The notes under the pieces were generated by a model. It saw nothing but the letters and a program-made list of their open reading frames with translations, searched no databases and was not told where the DNA came from. 64,000 bases of DNA from Escherichia coli (GTDB lineage: Bacteria; Pseudomonadota; Gammaproteobacteria; Enterobacterales; Enterobacteriaceae): NCBI RefSeq assembly GCF_044324875.1, contig NZ_CP172185.1; one strand, written 5' to 3'. The position numbers and the translations under genes were made by a program. Shown here piece after piece: positions 37,306 through 49,067 of the stretch (its first letter is position 1; each line of letters starts with the position of its first letter).

Positions 37306-39147
37306 TTAATCGTCCAGGAAGCTACGCAGTACTTCAGAACGGCTCGGGTGACGCAGTTTGCGCAGCGCCTTCGCTTCGATCTGACGGATACGTTCGCGGG
37401 TAACGTCGAACTGTTTACCCACTTCTTCCAGCGTGTGGTCGGTGTTCATATCGATACCGAAGCGCATACGCAGAACTTTCGCTTCACGCGCGGTCAGGCC
37501 AGCCAGCACGTCGTGCGTTGCCGCACGCAGGCTTTCGGTGGTCGCAGAATCCAGCGGCAGCTCGAGGGTGGTATCCTCGATGAAATCCCCCAGATGCGAA
37601 TCTTCATCATCACCGATCGGCGTTTCCATGGAGATTGGCTCTTTGGCGATCTTCAGCACTTTGCGGATCTTATCTTCCGGCATAAGCATACGTTCAGCCA
37701 GTTCTTCCGGCGTCGGCTCGCGGCCCATCTCTTGCAGCATCTGGCGAGAAATACGGTTGAGTTTGTTGATAGTCTCAATCATATGCACCGGAATACGGAT
37801 GGTGCGCGCCTGATCCGCGATAGAACGGGTGATCGCCTGACGGATCCACCAGGTTGCGTAGGTGGAGAACTTGTAACCACGGCGGTATTCGAATTTATCA
37901 ACCGCTTTCATCAGGCCGATGTTACCTTCCTGAATCAGGTCAAGGAACTGCAAGCCACGGTTGGTGTATTTCTTGGCGATAGAAATAACCAGACGTAAGT
38001 TTGCTTCAACCATCTCTTTCTTCGCACGGCGGGCTTTCGCTTCACCGATGGACATACGACGGTTGATATCTTTAACCTGCTCGATGGTCAGGCCGGTTTC
38101 TTCTTCAATCTGCTGCAGTTTCTGCAGGGCGCGATGCACTTCTTCAGAGACATCGTGCAGTTTTTCCGACCACGGCTTGTTCATTGCAATTGCCGCGTTG
38201 AACCAGGTATCGCTGGTTTCGTTGCCGGTAAACAGGGTAATGAAGTTTTTCTTCGGCATTTTGCACTGCTCAACGCAGAGCTTCATGATCAGACGTTCTT
38301 GCGTACGAACGCGGTCCATCATGACGCGCATGCTGTTGACCAGGTAGTCAAACTGCTTCGGCACCAGGCGGAACTGTTTGAATACTTCAGACAGTTTCAG
38401 GATCTCTTCCTGAGCGGCAGCGTGACTGCGACCTTTCGCTTTGATGGTGTCACGCGTTACAACGTACTGAGCGCGCAGTTCCGCAAATTTTTCGCGAGCC
38501 AGTTCCGGGTCGATGCTGTTGTCATCATCGGCGCTGTCGTCATCGCCATCTTCTTCGTCTTCATCTTCGTCATCGTCCAGATCTTCCTGGGAAAGCTCAG
38601 AACCGACGTGAGTGGCGGTAGGTGCCAGATCTTCTTCTGCGTTCGGGTCAACAAAGCCGGTGATCAGATCGGACAGACGCGCTTCTTCTGCTTCAACACG
38701 ATCGTACTGTTCCAGCAGATAGGTGATCGCTTCCGGATATTCAGCAACGGAGCATTGAACCTGGTTGATCCCGTCTTCAATACGCTTAGCGATGTCAATT
38801 TCGCCTTCGCGGGTCAACAGTTCAACGGTGCCCATTTCACGCATGTACATGCGTACCGGGTCAGTCGTGCGCCCGATTTCAGATTCCACGCTGGAAAGCA
38901 CCTGCGCGGCGGCTTCGGCAGCATCTTCGTCCGCGGTGTTTTCAGCCAGCATCAGATCATCGGCATCCGGTGCTTCTTCCATCACCTGAATGCCCATGTC
39001 GTTGATCATTTGGATGATGTCTTCGATCTGATCTGAATCGACGATATCTTCCGGCAGATGGTCATTGACCTCGGCATAGGTCAGATAGCCTTGCTCCTTA
39101 CCACGGGTGACAAGAAGTTTCAGCTGTGACTGCGGGTTTTGCTCCAT
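37306..39147 (-). CDS. rpoD: RNA polymerase sigma-70 factor RpoD
   Basis: Track ORF 613 aa [36 protein letters not shown]...; acidic region and conserved regions 2-4. Confidence 0.95.
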   Translation of the reverse strand: MEQNPQSQLKLLVTRGKEQGYLTYAEVNDHLPEDIVDSDQIEDIIQMINDMGIQVMEEAPDADDLMLAENTADEDAAEAAAQVLSSVESEIGRTTDPVRMYMREMGTVELLTREGEIDIAKRIEDGINQVQCSVAEYPEAITYLLEQYDRVEAEEARLSDLITGFVDPNAEEDLAPTATHVGSELSQEDLDDDEDEDEEDGDDDSADDDNSIDPELAREKFAELRAQYVVTRDTIKAKGRSHAAAQEEILKLSEVFKQFRLVPKQFDYLVNSMRVMMDRVRTQERLIMKLCVEQCKMPKKNFITLFTGNETSDTWFNAAIAMNKPWSEKLHDVSEEVHRALQKLQQIEEETGLTIEQVKDINRRMSIGEAKARRAKKEMVEANLRLVISIAKKYTNRGLQFLDLIQEGNIGLMKAVDKFEYRRGYKFSTYATWWIRQAITRSIADQARTIRIPVHMIETINKLNRISRQMLQEMGREPTPEELAERMLMPEDKIRKVLKIAKEPISMETPIGDDEDSHLGDFIEDTTLELPLDSATTESLRAATHDVLAGLTAREAKVLRMRFGIDMNTDHTLEEVGKQFDVTRERIRQIEAKALRKLRHPSRSEVLRSFLDD

Positions 39148-39341
39148 AAGACGGTATCCACACTTATTTCATGAGGTTGGTGTTGGGCGATTGACCCGAT
39201 GTCCTTCAGCCGTTAACGCTGAAATCCAACGGTTGTTTACCGCCAACGATAATTACGAGGGCGTACTTATATATTTGCCGCTGCCTCTCAGTGCGGCTGT
39301 CGGGGGCTTCCCGATCGCTCTTCGGCACTTAAGCCGTTAAA

Positions 39342-41087
39342 TCACTTTTTCGCCAGCTCCTGGTTTAATGTCCAGAGCTCCAGGCGTTCTTCGTTGCTTA
39401 AACCATGCGTGCGCTCACGAGCGATTAACTCTTCCTGGCGCAGTTCAAGCAGCGAATCAAACATATGGTTGAGTGAGTCGGTGAAGGTTTGCTCAGCAAT
39501 ATTCTTATCTGCTATATCGTCCCACATCGACAGTTTTTCAAGGGTGGCAGCATTATTTGTACCACGATAGTGCTCTAAAAGTTGCCCGGTGGTCAGACCT
39601 GGCTGAGAGAGACAAGTGTTGACCAGTTCTCTGAATAAGCCAAGTCCAGGGAGCTTATTTTCATCCAGATTCTCAAGCGGCGGGACCAACGTCGCTAATT
39701 CTGGATTTTGCACCAGCAACCCTATAAGTATACGCATGGTCGTGCGTTTTAGCTGCGGAACAGGGCGAGAAACGCCGCTCTCTGCCGCTTTTGGCATTAA
39801 TCGTTCAAGCTGGCTGTCATCAAGTATGCCTAATTTGTTGCCTAATTCCTGACGAAGATATATTCGCAGCGTTTCGCCCGGCACTTGCGATATCAATGGC
39901 AGTGCCAGCGTACTCAAACGTGCGCGCCCGTCAGGGGTACTCAGATCAACTTGCGGTATCAGACTGTTAAACAGAAATGCGGAGAGTGGCATCGCCTGCT
40001 CCATCCGCGCTTCAAACGCTTCTTTACCTTCTTTTCGTACCAGCGTGTCAGGGTCTTCGCCATCCGGCAAAAACATAAAGCGTAGCTGACGACCGTCTGT
40101 CATGTAAGGCAGCGCCGTTTCCAGCGCTCGCCAGGCGGCATCGCGGCCTGCACGGTCGCCGTCATAACAGCAAATGACATTGTTGGTCGCGCGGAACAAC
40201 AGTTGTATGTGATCGGCGGTGGTTGACGTACCTAACGACGCAACGGCGTAATTAATGCCGTATTGCGCCAGCGCCACCACGTCCATATAGCCTTCGACCA
40301 CAAGCAGACGATTGGGTTCAGCGTTATCCTGCTGCGCTTCATAAAGACCGTAAAGCTGGCGGCCTTTATGGAAAATGTCCGTTTCCGGCGAGTTCAGGTA
40401 TTTGGGGGTATCGTTGCCCAGCACACGCCCGCCAAAACCAATCACCCGACCGCGTTTATCGCGAATGGGGAACATCACCCGCTCGCGGAAACGATCGTAA
40501 CTGCGTCCCTGATCGTTAGTGACCAACATCCCCGCATCAATCAATGACTGGCGATTTTCTGGATTGCCGCCAAACCGCTTCAGGACGTTGTCCCAGCCAG
40601 GGGGGGCAAAACCAATCGCAAAGCGGGCGATAACCTCGTGGCTTAATCCGCGTTTTTCCAGATACTGGCGCGCAGACGTGGCAACAGGTTGCTGTAAAGA
40701 TTGTTGGTAAAACGTATTCAGACCGTCCATCAACTGATAAAGCGTTTGTCGTTGATGGCGCTCGATCTGGCTGGGGCCGCTACCTGCTTCAAATGGCACT
40801 TCAAGATTGTGCATTGCTGCCAGCTCTTCGACCGTTTCGACGAACTCAAGCTTGTCGTAGTTCATCAGGAAGTCGATCGCGTTGCCGTGCGCGCCACATC
40901 CAAAGCAGTGGTAAAACTGTTTCTCACCGTTAACGGTGAATGACGGGGTTTTCTCGTTGTGGAATGGACAACACGCGTGGAAATTCTTGCCCTGCTTTTT
41001 CAGCTTCACACGGGCATCGATCAGATCGACGATGTCAGTGCGTGCCAGCAGATCATTAATGAATACGCGTGGGATTCGTCCAGCCAT
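39342..41087 (-). CDS. dnaG: DNA primase DnaG
   Basis: Track ORF 581 aa MAGRIPRVFINDLLARTDIVDLIDARVKLKKQGKNFHACCPFHNEKTPSF...; zinc-ribbon CCPFH. Confidence 0.95.
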   Translation of the reverse strand: MAGRIPRVFINDLLARTDIVDLIDARVKLKKQGKNFHACCPFHNEKTPSFTVNGEKQFYHCFGCGAHGNAIDFLMNYDKLEFVETVEELAAMHNLEVPFEAGSGPSQIERHQRQTLYQLMDGLNTFYQQSLQQPVATSARQYLEKRGLSHEVIARFAIGFAPPGWDNVLKRFGGNPENRQSLIDAGMLVTNDQGRSYDRFRERVMFPIRDKRGRVIGFGGRVLGNDTPKYLNSPETDIFHKGRQLYGLYEAQQDNAEPNRLLVVEGYMDVVALAQYGINYAVASLGTSTTADHIQLLFRATNNVICCYDGDRAGRDAAWRALETALPYMTDGRQLRFMFLPDGEDPDTLVRKEGKEAFEARMEQAMPLSAFLFNSLIPQVDLSTPDGRARLSTLALPLISQVPGETLRIYLRQELGNKLGILDDSQLERLMPKAAESGVSRPVPQLKRTTMRILIGLLVQNPELATLVPPLENLDENKLPGLGLFRELVNTCLSQPGLTTGQLLEHYRGTNNAATLEKLSMWDDIADKNIAEQTFTDSLNHMFDSLLELRQEELIARERTHGLSNEERLELWTLNQELAKK

Positions 41088-41107
41088 AGGCCCCGATTTT
41101 TAGCAAT

Positions 41108-41150
41108 TCATAAACGAAAATAAGCCGCGCATTCCTTTCGGAAGCACGGC
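41108..41150 (-). terminator. Intrinsic terminator between rpsU and dnaG (internal attenuator of the rpsU-dnaG-rpoD operon)
   Basis: Minus-strand RNA GCCGUGCUUCC-GAAA-GGAAUGCGCGGC followed by UUAUUUUCGUUU. Confidence 0.6.
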
Positions 41151-41197
41151 CTTACAACTACAACTCGGTCTGATCGGAGAGCAACGCTCTCGGGGAA

Positions 41198-41452
<255 letters not shown>

Positions 41453-41650
41453 TCAACGCCAGCTTATTTCAAAATGGTGCGGAATTTTACTGCAATTGCT
41501 GCTGCTTTGTAAAGCACCGCGGCCTTTTTTGAAAGGGACTTTTATAAGGGTGAGGAGTATACACGAGGCTTTCTCCAGGGGCGAACAAAGTTTTACATCA
41601 ACCCGCATTGGTCCTACACTGCGCGGTAATAAAGCGAGGTAAAACAAGTC

Positions 41651-42664
41651 ATGCGTGTACTGGGTATTGAAACTTCCTGCGATGAAACCGGCATCGCCAT
41701 TTACGACGATGAAAAAGGTTTGTTAGCCAACCAATTGTATAGTCAGGTGAAATTGCACGCTGACTACGGCGGCGTCGTGCCTGAACTGGCCTCCCGCGAT
41801 CACGTGCGTAAAACCGTACCGTTGATCCAGGCGGCGCTAAAGGAGTCTGGTTTAACGGCAAAAGACATTGATGCTGTGGCCTATACCGCAGGCCCTGGAT
41901 TAGTCGGCGCGCTGCTGGTTGGCGCGACCGTGGGGCGTTCTCTGGCGTTTGCCTGGGACGTTCCGGCGATCCCGGTACACCATATGGAAGGGCATCTGTT
42001 AGCGCCGATGCTGGAAGATAACCCACCGGAATTTCCGTTTGTGGCGCTACTGGTTTCCGGCGGTCATACGCAGTTAATCAGCGTCACTGGCATTGGTCAG
42101 TATGAGCTGCTCGGCGAGTCTATTGATGATGCCGCCGGGGAAGCGTTTGACAAAACCGCGAAGCTGCTGGGGCTGGATTATCCTGGCGGGCCATTACTGT
42201 CGAAAATGGCGGCTCAGGGTACTGCCGGGCGCTTTGTCTTCCCGCGCCCGATGACCGACCGTCCGGGGCTGGATTTCAGCTTTTCTGGTCTGAAAACCTT
42301 CGCGGCAAATACCATTCGTGATAACGGCACCGACGACCAGACGCGTGCTGATATCGCCCGCGCCTTTGAAGATGCGGTGGTCGATACGTTGATGATTAAG
42401 TGTAAGCGAGCGCTGGATCAGACGGGCTTTAAGCGACTGGTAATGGCAGGTGGCGTGAGTGCTAACCGCACGTTACGGGCGAAGCTGGCTGAAATGATGA
42501 AAAAACGCCGTGGCGAAGTGTTCTACGCGCGTCCGGAATTTTGTACTGATAACGGCGCGATGATCGCCTATGCCGGAATGGTGCGGTTTAAAGCAGGCGC
42601 GACGGCGGATCTTGGCGTTAGCGTGCGTCCGCGCTGGCCGCTGGCAGAGTTACCGGCCGCGTAA
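41651..42664 (+). CDS. tsaD: tRNA N6-adenosine threonylcarbamoyltransferase TsaD (Kae1/YgjD)
   Basis: Track ORF 337 aa [33 protein letters not shown]... Confidence 0.9.
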
Positions 42665-42706
42665 AACTCTTAGGTGCCGGAGAGTCACTTCCGGCACCGT
42701 CCTCAC

Positions 42707-44170
42707 TTAAAGCAACACCACGGGCATCCACAGTAAGCCGGTAATCACCAGCAACACGAGGAATATCAGCCCAAAAATTGCCCCCAGTCGCCAGTAATCC
42801 ACCGTTGGCAGATAACCACTACCGTAGTAAATCGGACTGGGTCCGGTGGCGTATGGCGTAAGAATGCTCCCCAGACCAATTGCCGCGCCAACCATCAGGC
42901 AGAACACCGGCAGCGGGATTTCCGGCATCGCCAGCGCGGCGGCAATCATCATCGGCGCGAGAGCGGAGGTATACGCCGTGGCGCTGGCAAAGAAGTAGCG
43001 CAGCAGATAAAAGACCACAATCAACGCCACCATCACCATCGTCGGCGAATAACCGCTTAAGCTGCCTGCTAACAGTTTGCCAAACCAGCTAATAAAACCG
43101 GTGTTGTTGAGTCCGGTAGCGAGGGTGATAAGCGAGGCCAGCCAGAAGAAAACGTTCCACGCGGCTTTATTACTGACAATGTCGTCCCAACTGATAATGC
43201 GCAGAAGCAGCATCAGCGCCACCACGCTGTAACCGACCATCGCGGCATCGATATAATCACCGCCGAAAATCCACAGCACCAGCGCGCCTACCATCAGCCC
43301 CAGCATCCGTTTTTCACGCGAACAGAGCGGGCCCATTGCCTGCAGTTCCGTCTCTGCCCAGCGCGGCACTTGATCACCAGACTTCAGTACCGGCGGGTAC
43401 AGCACGTAAGCCAGCCAGGGAACCAGCAGAACCAGTAAAATGCTGAGCGGCAACATCCCGAGGAACCAGTCGCCCCAGCTCAGCGTGGCGTGAGATGCGC
43501 TTTTCATCAGGCCAATTAACAGCAAGTTAGGTGCCATCGCCGTCAGGAAAATGGCGCTGGTCACGCAGTCGGCAACAATCCCCATCCACATGATGTACGA
43601 GCCAATGCTGCGCGAACTGCTGTCGTTTGGTTGTGATTGATAGAGCGGTGGCAGGTTACGGATGATGGGATAGATAATCCCCGCACCACGCGCCGAGTTG
43701 GACGGTGTTACAGGCGCAAGTATCAGCTCGGAGAACATCACTGCATAGCCGAGAAACAGCGTACGATGCCCCATCTTTTTCACCAGAATCAGCGCGATGC
43801 GACGTCCAAGCCCGGTTTTTTCATAGCCCGTACCAAACATAAAGGCGGCGAAAATCAGCCAGATAACCGAATTAGAAAAACCAGAAACCGCCCAGGAGAG
43901 GGATTTGGCGGTGAACTTAAAACCTGGCTGGGCAAGCTGCTCCGGGCTAAACAGTAGCCACGGCGAGAGAATGGCGATAATGGAGATACCCACCATCGCC
44001 ACCACGGCACCCGGCACGGGTTCGAGGATCAGTCCAACGATCACGCCAGTAAAAACGGCAAAGTAGAGCCAGGTATGACTCTCCAGCCCTGCGGGAAGCG
44101 GAAGTAGAGCAATAATGGCGATGACCGCCAGCGGCGCAAGGTATCGCCACCATTCAGTGGAAGGTTTCAT
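42707..44170 (-). CDS. ttdT: Tartrate/succinate antiporter TtdT (DASS family)
   Basis: Track ORF 487 aa MKPSTEWWRYLAPLAVIAIIALLPLPAGLESHTW... Confidence 0.85.
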   Translation of the reverse strand: MKPSTEWWRYLAPLAVIAIIALLPLPAGLESHTWLYFAVFTGVIVGLILEPVPGAVVAMVGISIIAILSPWLLFSPEQLAQPGFKFTAKSLSWAVSGFSNSVIWLIFAAFMFGTGYEKTGLGRRIALILVKKMGHRTLFLGYAVMFSELILAPVTPSNSARGAGIIYPIIRNLPPLYQSQPNDSSSRSIGSYIMWMGIVADCVTSAIFLTAMAPNLLLIGLMKSASHATLSWGDWFLGMLPLSILLVLLVPWLAYVLYPPVLKSGDQVPRWAETELQAMGPLCSREKRMLGLMVGALVLWIFGGDYIDAAMVGYSVVALMLLLRIISWDDIVSNKAAWNVFFWLASLITLATGLNNTGFISWFGKLLAGSLSGYSPTMVMVALIVVFYLLRYFFASATAYTSALAPMMIAAALAMPEIPLPVFCLMVGAAIGLGSILTPYATGPSPIYYGSGYLPTVDYWRLGAIFGLIFLVLLVITGLLWMPVVLL

Positions 44171-44218
44171 CGTGTTATGCCTGCGAAAAAGGAGAGGGGG
44201 CGAGCCTCTCCATGAAGG

Positions 44219-44824
44219 TTATTTGATGTAGTGGACGTGCTCGCAGATCTCTTCCACGATGGGCTCGCGGCGTTCGGCGAACAGCTTTCTGTTTTCGGCT
44301 ATCAGGTTGTTGCCGTGGGTATCAATAGAGACAATCAGCGGGCCGAACTCTTTGACCCGGCAGACCCACAGCGACTCCGGCATCCCGAGCTCTGTCCAGT
44401 GCACTTCTTCAATCTCTTCCACCTGGGTTGCCGCCAGCACCGCGCAGCCAGCCGGGAAAATCACATGTAGCGCCTTGAATTTCTGGCAGCCTTCTTCGGT
44501 CAGCGGCCCCATTCCGCCTTTGCCGACCACCAGTTTCACGCCGGTCTGCTCGATAAATTCACGTTCAAAACTTTCCATACGCATACTGGTTGTCGGGCCG
44601 ACGGATACCATCTCCCATTTGTCGCCGTTTTTGCGCACGATGGGGCCAGCGTGGAAAATCGCTTTGCCGTTGAGATCGTAAGGGATCGGACGTTTGAGTT
44701 CGATCAAGCGACGGTGACAAACGTCACGGCAGGTCACCAGCGTACCGGTCAGGTAGATCACATCGCCGACGCGAATATCTTGCAGATCTTCAGCTTTGAT
44801 CGGGGTTGTCAGGATCTTTTTCAT
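44219..44824 (-). CDS. ttdB: L(+)-tartrate dehydratase beta subunit TtdB
   Basis: Track ORF 201 aa [34 protein letters not shown]...; overlaps ttdA stop by 4 nt. Confidence 0.9.
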   Translation of the reverse strand: MKKILTTPIKAEDLQDIRVGDVIYLTGTLVTCRDVCHRRLIELKRPIPYDLNGKAIFHAGPIVRKNGDKWEMVSVGPTTSMRMESFEREFIEQTGVKLVVGKGGMGPLTEEGCQKFKALHVIFPAGCAVLAATQVEEIEEVHWTELGMPESLWVCRVKEFGPLIVSIDTHGNNLIAENRKLFAERREPIVEEICEHVHYIK

Positions 44825-45732
44825 AACGCGCTCCGGGTGTGAGACAGATTTTCAAAGGTGAGATCGGCATGAACCAGCAGCGTGCCGCGACGATGCGCCC
44901 AGCAGCCTGTAGAAACAGCAACGCCGATGGTTGACGGATGGCGGGCGGCAGATTCGATATGTACGCCCATCACTGAACTGTTGCCAGTCAGCCCTTGTGG
45001 ACCAATCCCCAGACGGTTGAGTCCTTCTTCCAGGCGTAGCTCCAGCTCTGCCGCTTTCGGATTGGGGTGGCGGCTGCCAATTGGGCGCAAAATGGCTTTA
45101 CGTGAGAGCACAGCGGCGGTTTCCACCGAGGTGGCGATGCCCACGCCTACCAGTACCGGTGGACAGGCGTTTACGGCGAGGGTGGAGATATTTTCGAAGA
45201 CGAATTTCACTACGCCTTCGTAGCCTTCCGACGGCATTAACACTTTCGAACGACCAGGTAGTGTGCAGCCGCCGCCTGCCATGTAAACTTCGATTTCCGC
45301 ATCGTCACCGTCGGGGATGATATCCCAAGTGACCCACGGTACGCCGCTGCCGGTATTTTTGCCGGTATTTACTTCGTCAAAAATTTCCACCGCGTTGTGG
45401 CGCAGTGGCGCTTTGACGGTTGCCTCTTCCACGGCTTGCTTAAGAATGCTTTGCAGCTCGCCAAGCAGTGGGAAGCGGGAACCGACTTTAACGAAGAACA
45501 TAATCTCCCCGGTGTCCTGACAGGCAGGACGATTCAGGTCAATCGCTTTTTGCATGTTGTCGAACATCGTATGGTAGATAATTTTCCCCATCGACGACGT
45601 TTCGGCATTCTTTAGCTGTTTTAGTTTATCCACCACGTCATCAGGCATTCGGGTAGAAATCATGGCGGTAAAGTTAGCGACAATCTCTGTCAACTTATTC
45701 ACTGCCTGTTGCTTATTACTTTCGCTCATCAT
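44821..45732 (-). CDS. ttdA: L(+)-tartrate dehydratase alpha subunit TtdA (Fe-S hydro-lyase)
   Basis: Track ORF 303 aa [32 protein letters not shown]... Confidence 0.9.
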   Translation of the reverse strand: MMSESNKQQAVNKLTEIVANFTAMISTRMPDDVVDKLKQLKNAETSSMGKIIYHTMFDNMQKAIDLNRPACQDTGEIMFFVKVGSRFPLLGELQSILKQAVEEATVKAPLRHNAVEIFDEVNTGKNTGSGVPWVTWDIIPDGDDAEIEVYMAGGGCTLPGRSKVLMPSEGYEGVVKFVFENISTLAVNACPPVLVGVGIATSVETAAVLSRKAILRPIGSRHPNPKAAELELRLEEGLNRLGIGPQGLTGNSSVMGVHIESAARHPSTIGVAVSTGCWAHRRGTLLVHADLTFENLSHTRSAL

Positions 45733-45938
45733 GGCAACTCCAGTTTCTGTATTTGTCTGGAAAAATTAACCGTCACAAACTACCACTAAAAATGTGGTTT
45801 TATATTTTTTGCCACCGTGAATATGTAATTAACAGTTCGTGAATCAACGCGAAAATAAGAATGAATATTGCGCCAGAGCAGGGAATGGCAATGTTTTGCG
45901 AAATACACTGCGCTTATCACAACTGCGGATAATTAACG

Positions 45939-46871
45939 ATGCTGAATAGCTGGCCTTTAGCCAAAGACTTGCAGGTACTGGTAGAAATCGTCCACAGCGG
46001 GAGTTTTAGTGCTGCAGCGGCGACGCTTGGGCAAACGCCTGCATTTGTCACCAAGCGGATCCAAATCCTTGAAAATACGCTGGCAACAACGCTGCTGAAC
46101 CGCTCCGCCCGCGGCGTGGCGCTGACTGAAAGTGGCCAACGTTGTTACGAGCATGCGCTGGAAATCCTCACCCAATATCAGCGACTGGTCGATGACGTCA
46201 CGCAAATCAAAACGCGCCCGGAGGGGATGATTCGTATTGGCTGTAGTTTTGGTTTTGGGCGCAGCCATATTGCGCCAGCTATTACCGAACTGATGCGCAA
46301 TTATCCTGAGTTACAGGTGCATTTTGAATTGTTCGATCGGCAAATTGATTTAGTGCAGGATAATATTGATCTGGATATTCGGATTAATGACGAAATTCCT
46401 GATTATTATATTGCGCATCTTTTGACAAAAAATAAACGAATATTATGTGCAGCACCTGAGTATCTGCAAAAATATCCGCAGCCACAATCCTTGCAGGAAT
46501 TAAGTCGTCATGACTGTCTGGTGACCAAAGAGCGCGATATGACCCACGGAATATGGGAGTTGGGGAACGGTCAGGAGAAAAAATCGGTGAAGGTAAGCGG
46601 GCACCTTTCCTCCAATAGCGGTGAGATTGTGCTGCAATGGGCGCTGGAAGGAAAAGGAATTATGCTGCGTTCTGAGTGGGATGTTTTACCGTTTCTGGAG
46701 AGTGGCAAACTGGTGCGAGTATTGCCGGAGTATGCACAAAGCGCCAATATCTGGGCTGTTTACCGGGAGCCGCTCTATCGCAGCATGAAATTACGTGTCT
46801 GCGTGGAATTTCTGGCGGCATGGTGCCAGCAACGGCTGGGCAAGCCCGACGAAGGCTATCAGGTTATGTAG
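45939..46871 (+). CDS. ttdR: LysR-family activator of the ttd operon, TtdR
   Basis: Track ORF 310 aa [42 protein letters not shown]...; divergent from ttdA. Confidence 0.85.
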   Translation: MLNSWPLAKDLQVLVEIVHSGSFSAAAATLGQTPAFVTKRIQILENTLATTLLNRSARGVALTESGQRCYEHALEILTQYQRLVDDVTQIKTRPEGMIRIGCSFGFGRSHIAPAITELMRNYPELQVHFELFDRQIDLVQDNIDLDIRINDEIPDYYIAHLLTKNKRILCAAPEYLQKYPQPQSLQELSRHDCLVTKERDMTHGIWELGNGQEKKSVKVSGHLSSNSGEIVLQWALEGKGIMLRSEWDVLPFLESGKLVRVLPEYAQSANIWAVYREPLYRSMKLRVCVEFLAAWCQQRLGKPDEGYQVM

Positions 46872-46883
46872 ACTCGCGAAAAA

Positions 46884-47501
46884 TCACTCAGGATCCTTTT
46901 CGCGCTTTCTTTTGAATTTCGTCCAGATTTTTGTCTCTTGACGACGCCACAGACGCTGGATGTTGTCATGATGACGCAGCAGGATCAGGCATGAGAGCAT
47001 CGAAACCGGGAAGGTGAATTGTGGCTTAAACCACCAGACGTAAAATGGAGCAATCAGTGCGCTGACAATCGCTCCCAGCGACGAGTATCCGCTCAATAGC
47101 ACGGTCAGTAACCAGGTTCCCGCCATTACTCCGGTGAGATCCCAGCCAATTGGTGCGATGGCACCAAAAGCGGTAGCAACGCCTTTTCCTCCTTTAAAAC
47201 CGAAGAAAACGGGCCAGATGTGTCCAAGACAGGCGGCGATGGCAATTAAGCCTAGCCAGAAGGGGCTGACACCTAATTCATACGCGCCCCAGACAGGCAA
47301 CATTCCTTTCAGAACGTCGAAAATCAGTACTGCTACGGCTGCTCCCTTGCCACCGATACGTAACACATTGGTTGCGCCTGGATTGCCGGAGCCGCTGGTT
47401 CGCGGATCGGGCAGCCCACACAAGCGGCAAACCAGAATGGCACTGGAAATGGAGCCGCAGAGGTACGCGATGAGGATCATTCCAGGCGCGATTGCACTCA
47501 T
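46884..47501 (-). CDS. plsY: Glycerol-3-phosphate acyltransferase PlsY
   Basis: Track ORF 205 aa [45 protein letters not shown]... Confidence 0.9.
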
Positions 47502-47605
47502 AAGCTGTTCCGTTTTGAAAATTCGTGTTCAACGATGAATCTGTGGATAATACGCACATTTCGCCGGAAGTGGTATCCGGTTAGCCAAAAAGCAGGCAGG
47601 ACGTG

Positions 47606-47974
47606 ATGGATATTGTATTTATAGAGCAACTTTCGGTAATCACCACTATTGGTGTTTACGACTGGGAACAGACCATTGAACAGAAGTTAGTGTTCGATAT
47701 CGAAATGGCGTGGGATAACCGTAAAGCGGCGAAAAGTGATGATGTGGCGGATTGCCTCAGTTACGCTGACATTGCAGAAACGGTAGTCAGCCACGTCGAG
47801 GGGGCGCGTTTTGCGCTGGTGGAACGTGTGGCGGAAGAGGTGGCGGAGCTGCTGTTAGCACGCTTCAACTCGCCGTGGGTGCGTATCAAACTCAGCAAGC
47901 CAGGCGCAGTGGCGCGGGCGGCGAATGTTGGCGTCATCATTGAGCGTGGCAATAATCTGAAAGAAAATAATTAA
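47606..47974 (+). CDS. folB: Dihydroneopterin aldolase FolB
   Basis: Track ORF 47603..47974 (MMDIVF...); start taken at second ATG, 122 aa. Confidence 0.85.
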   Translation: MDIVFIEQLSVITTIGVYDWEQTIEQKLVFDIEMAWDNRKAAKSDDVADCLSYADIAETVVSHVEGARFALVERVAEEVAELLLARFNSPWVRIKLSKPGAVARAANVGVIIERGNNLKENN

Positions 47975-48064
47975 TTTTACAGCTGTTAAACCAAACGGTT
48001 ATAACCTGGTCATACAGCAGTAGTTCGGACAAGCGTTACATTTTTATAATTTAGGGGTTTATTG

Positions 48065-48886
48065 ATGAGCGATATGCACTCGCTGCTGATAGCGGCAATA
48101 TTGGGTGTGGTCGAAGGATTGACAGAATTTCTGCCGGTATCCAGCACGGGCCATATGATTATTGTCGGTCACTTGTTGGGATTTGAGGGCGACACGGCGA
48201 AAACCTTTGAAGTGGTGATCCAGTTAGGATCAATTCTGGCGGTAGTAGTGATGTTCTGGCGGCGTCTGTTTGGCCTGATTGGCATCCACTTTGGCCGCCC
48301 GTTGCAGCACGAAGGAGAAAGCAAAGGCCGTTTAACGCTGATCCACATTTTGCTGGGGATGATTCCGGCGGTGGTACTGGGGCTGTTGTTCCACGACACG
48401 ATTAAGTCGTTGTTTAATCCAATAAATGTGATGTATGCGCTGGTCGTTGGCGGTCTGTTGCTGATTGCCGCTGAATGCCTGAAACCAAAAGAACCGCGTG
48501 CGCCGGGTCTCGATGATATGACCTATCGTCAGGCGTTTATGATTGGCTGCTTCCAGTGTCTGGCGCTGTGGCCGGGTTTCTCTCGCTCCGGGGCGACCAT
48601 TTCAGGTGGGATGCTGATGGGGGTGAGCCGTTACGCTGCTTCCGAGTTTTCGTTCCTGCTGGCGGTGCCGATGATGATGGGCGCAACGGCGCTCGATCTC
48701 TACAAAAGCTGGGGCTTCCTGACAACCGGCGATATCCCGATGTTTGCCGTTGGGTTTATCACCGCTTTTGTGGTGGCGCTGATAGCGATTAAAACCTTCC
48801 TGCAATTGATTAAGCGCATTTCGTTTATACCGTTCGCCATTTATCGCTTTATTGTGGCGGCTGCGGTGTATGTCGTGTTCTTTTGA
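48065..48886 (+). CDS. uppP: Undecaprenyl-diphosphate phosphatase UppP (BacA)
   Basis: Track ORF 48062..48886 starts at TTG; conserved start ATG 48065 ([30 protein letters not shown]...), 273 aa. Confidence 0.9.
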
Positions 48887-48929
48887 GGTAAAGAACAGTG
48901 TCGGATGCGTGGAATTGTCAACGATTGCG

Positions 48930-49058
48930 TAGGCCGGATAAGGCGTTCACGCCGCATCCGGCAATCAACGCCTGATGCGACGCTCGCGCGTCTTATCAGG
49001 CCTACAACTGTCGTTGACATGTAGCCGGATAAGGCGTTTACGCCGCATCCGGCAAAAT
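48930..49058. repeat. BIME: three REP palindromes in alternating orientation between uppP and cca
   Basis: GTAGGCCGGATAAGGCGTTCACGCCGCATCCGGCAATC / GCCTGATGCGACGCTCGCGCGTCTTATCAGGCCTAC / GTAGCCGGATAAGGCGTTTACGCCGCATCCGGCAAAAT. Confidence 0.8.
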
Positions 49059-49067
49059 ATCCAACAC

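Noticed and set aside
38500-38620. Extremely acidic low-complexity stretch ([20 protein letters not shown]) in the middle of the rpoD frame
   Set aside because: This is the normal acidic non-conserved region of sigma-70, not a repeat expansion or insertion.
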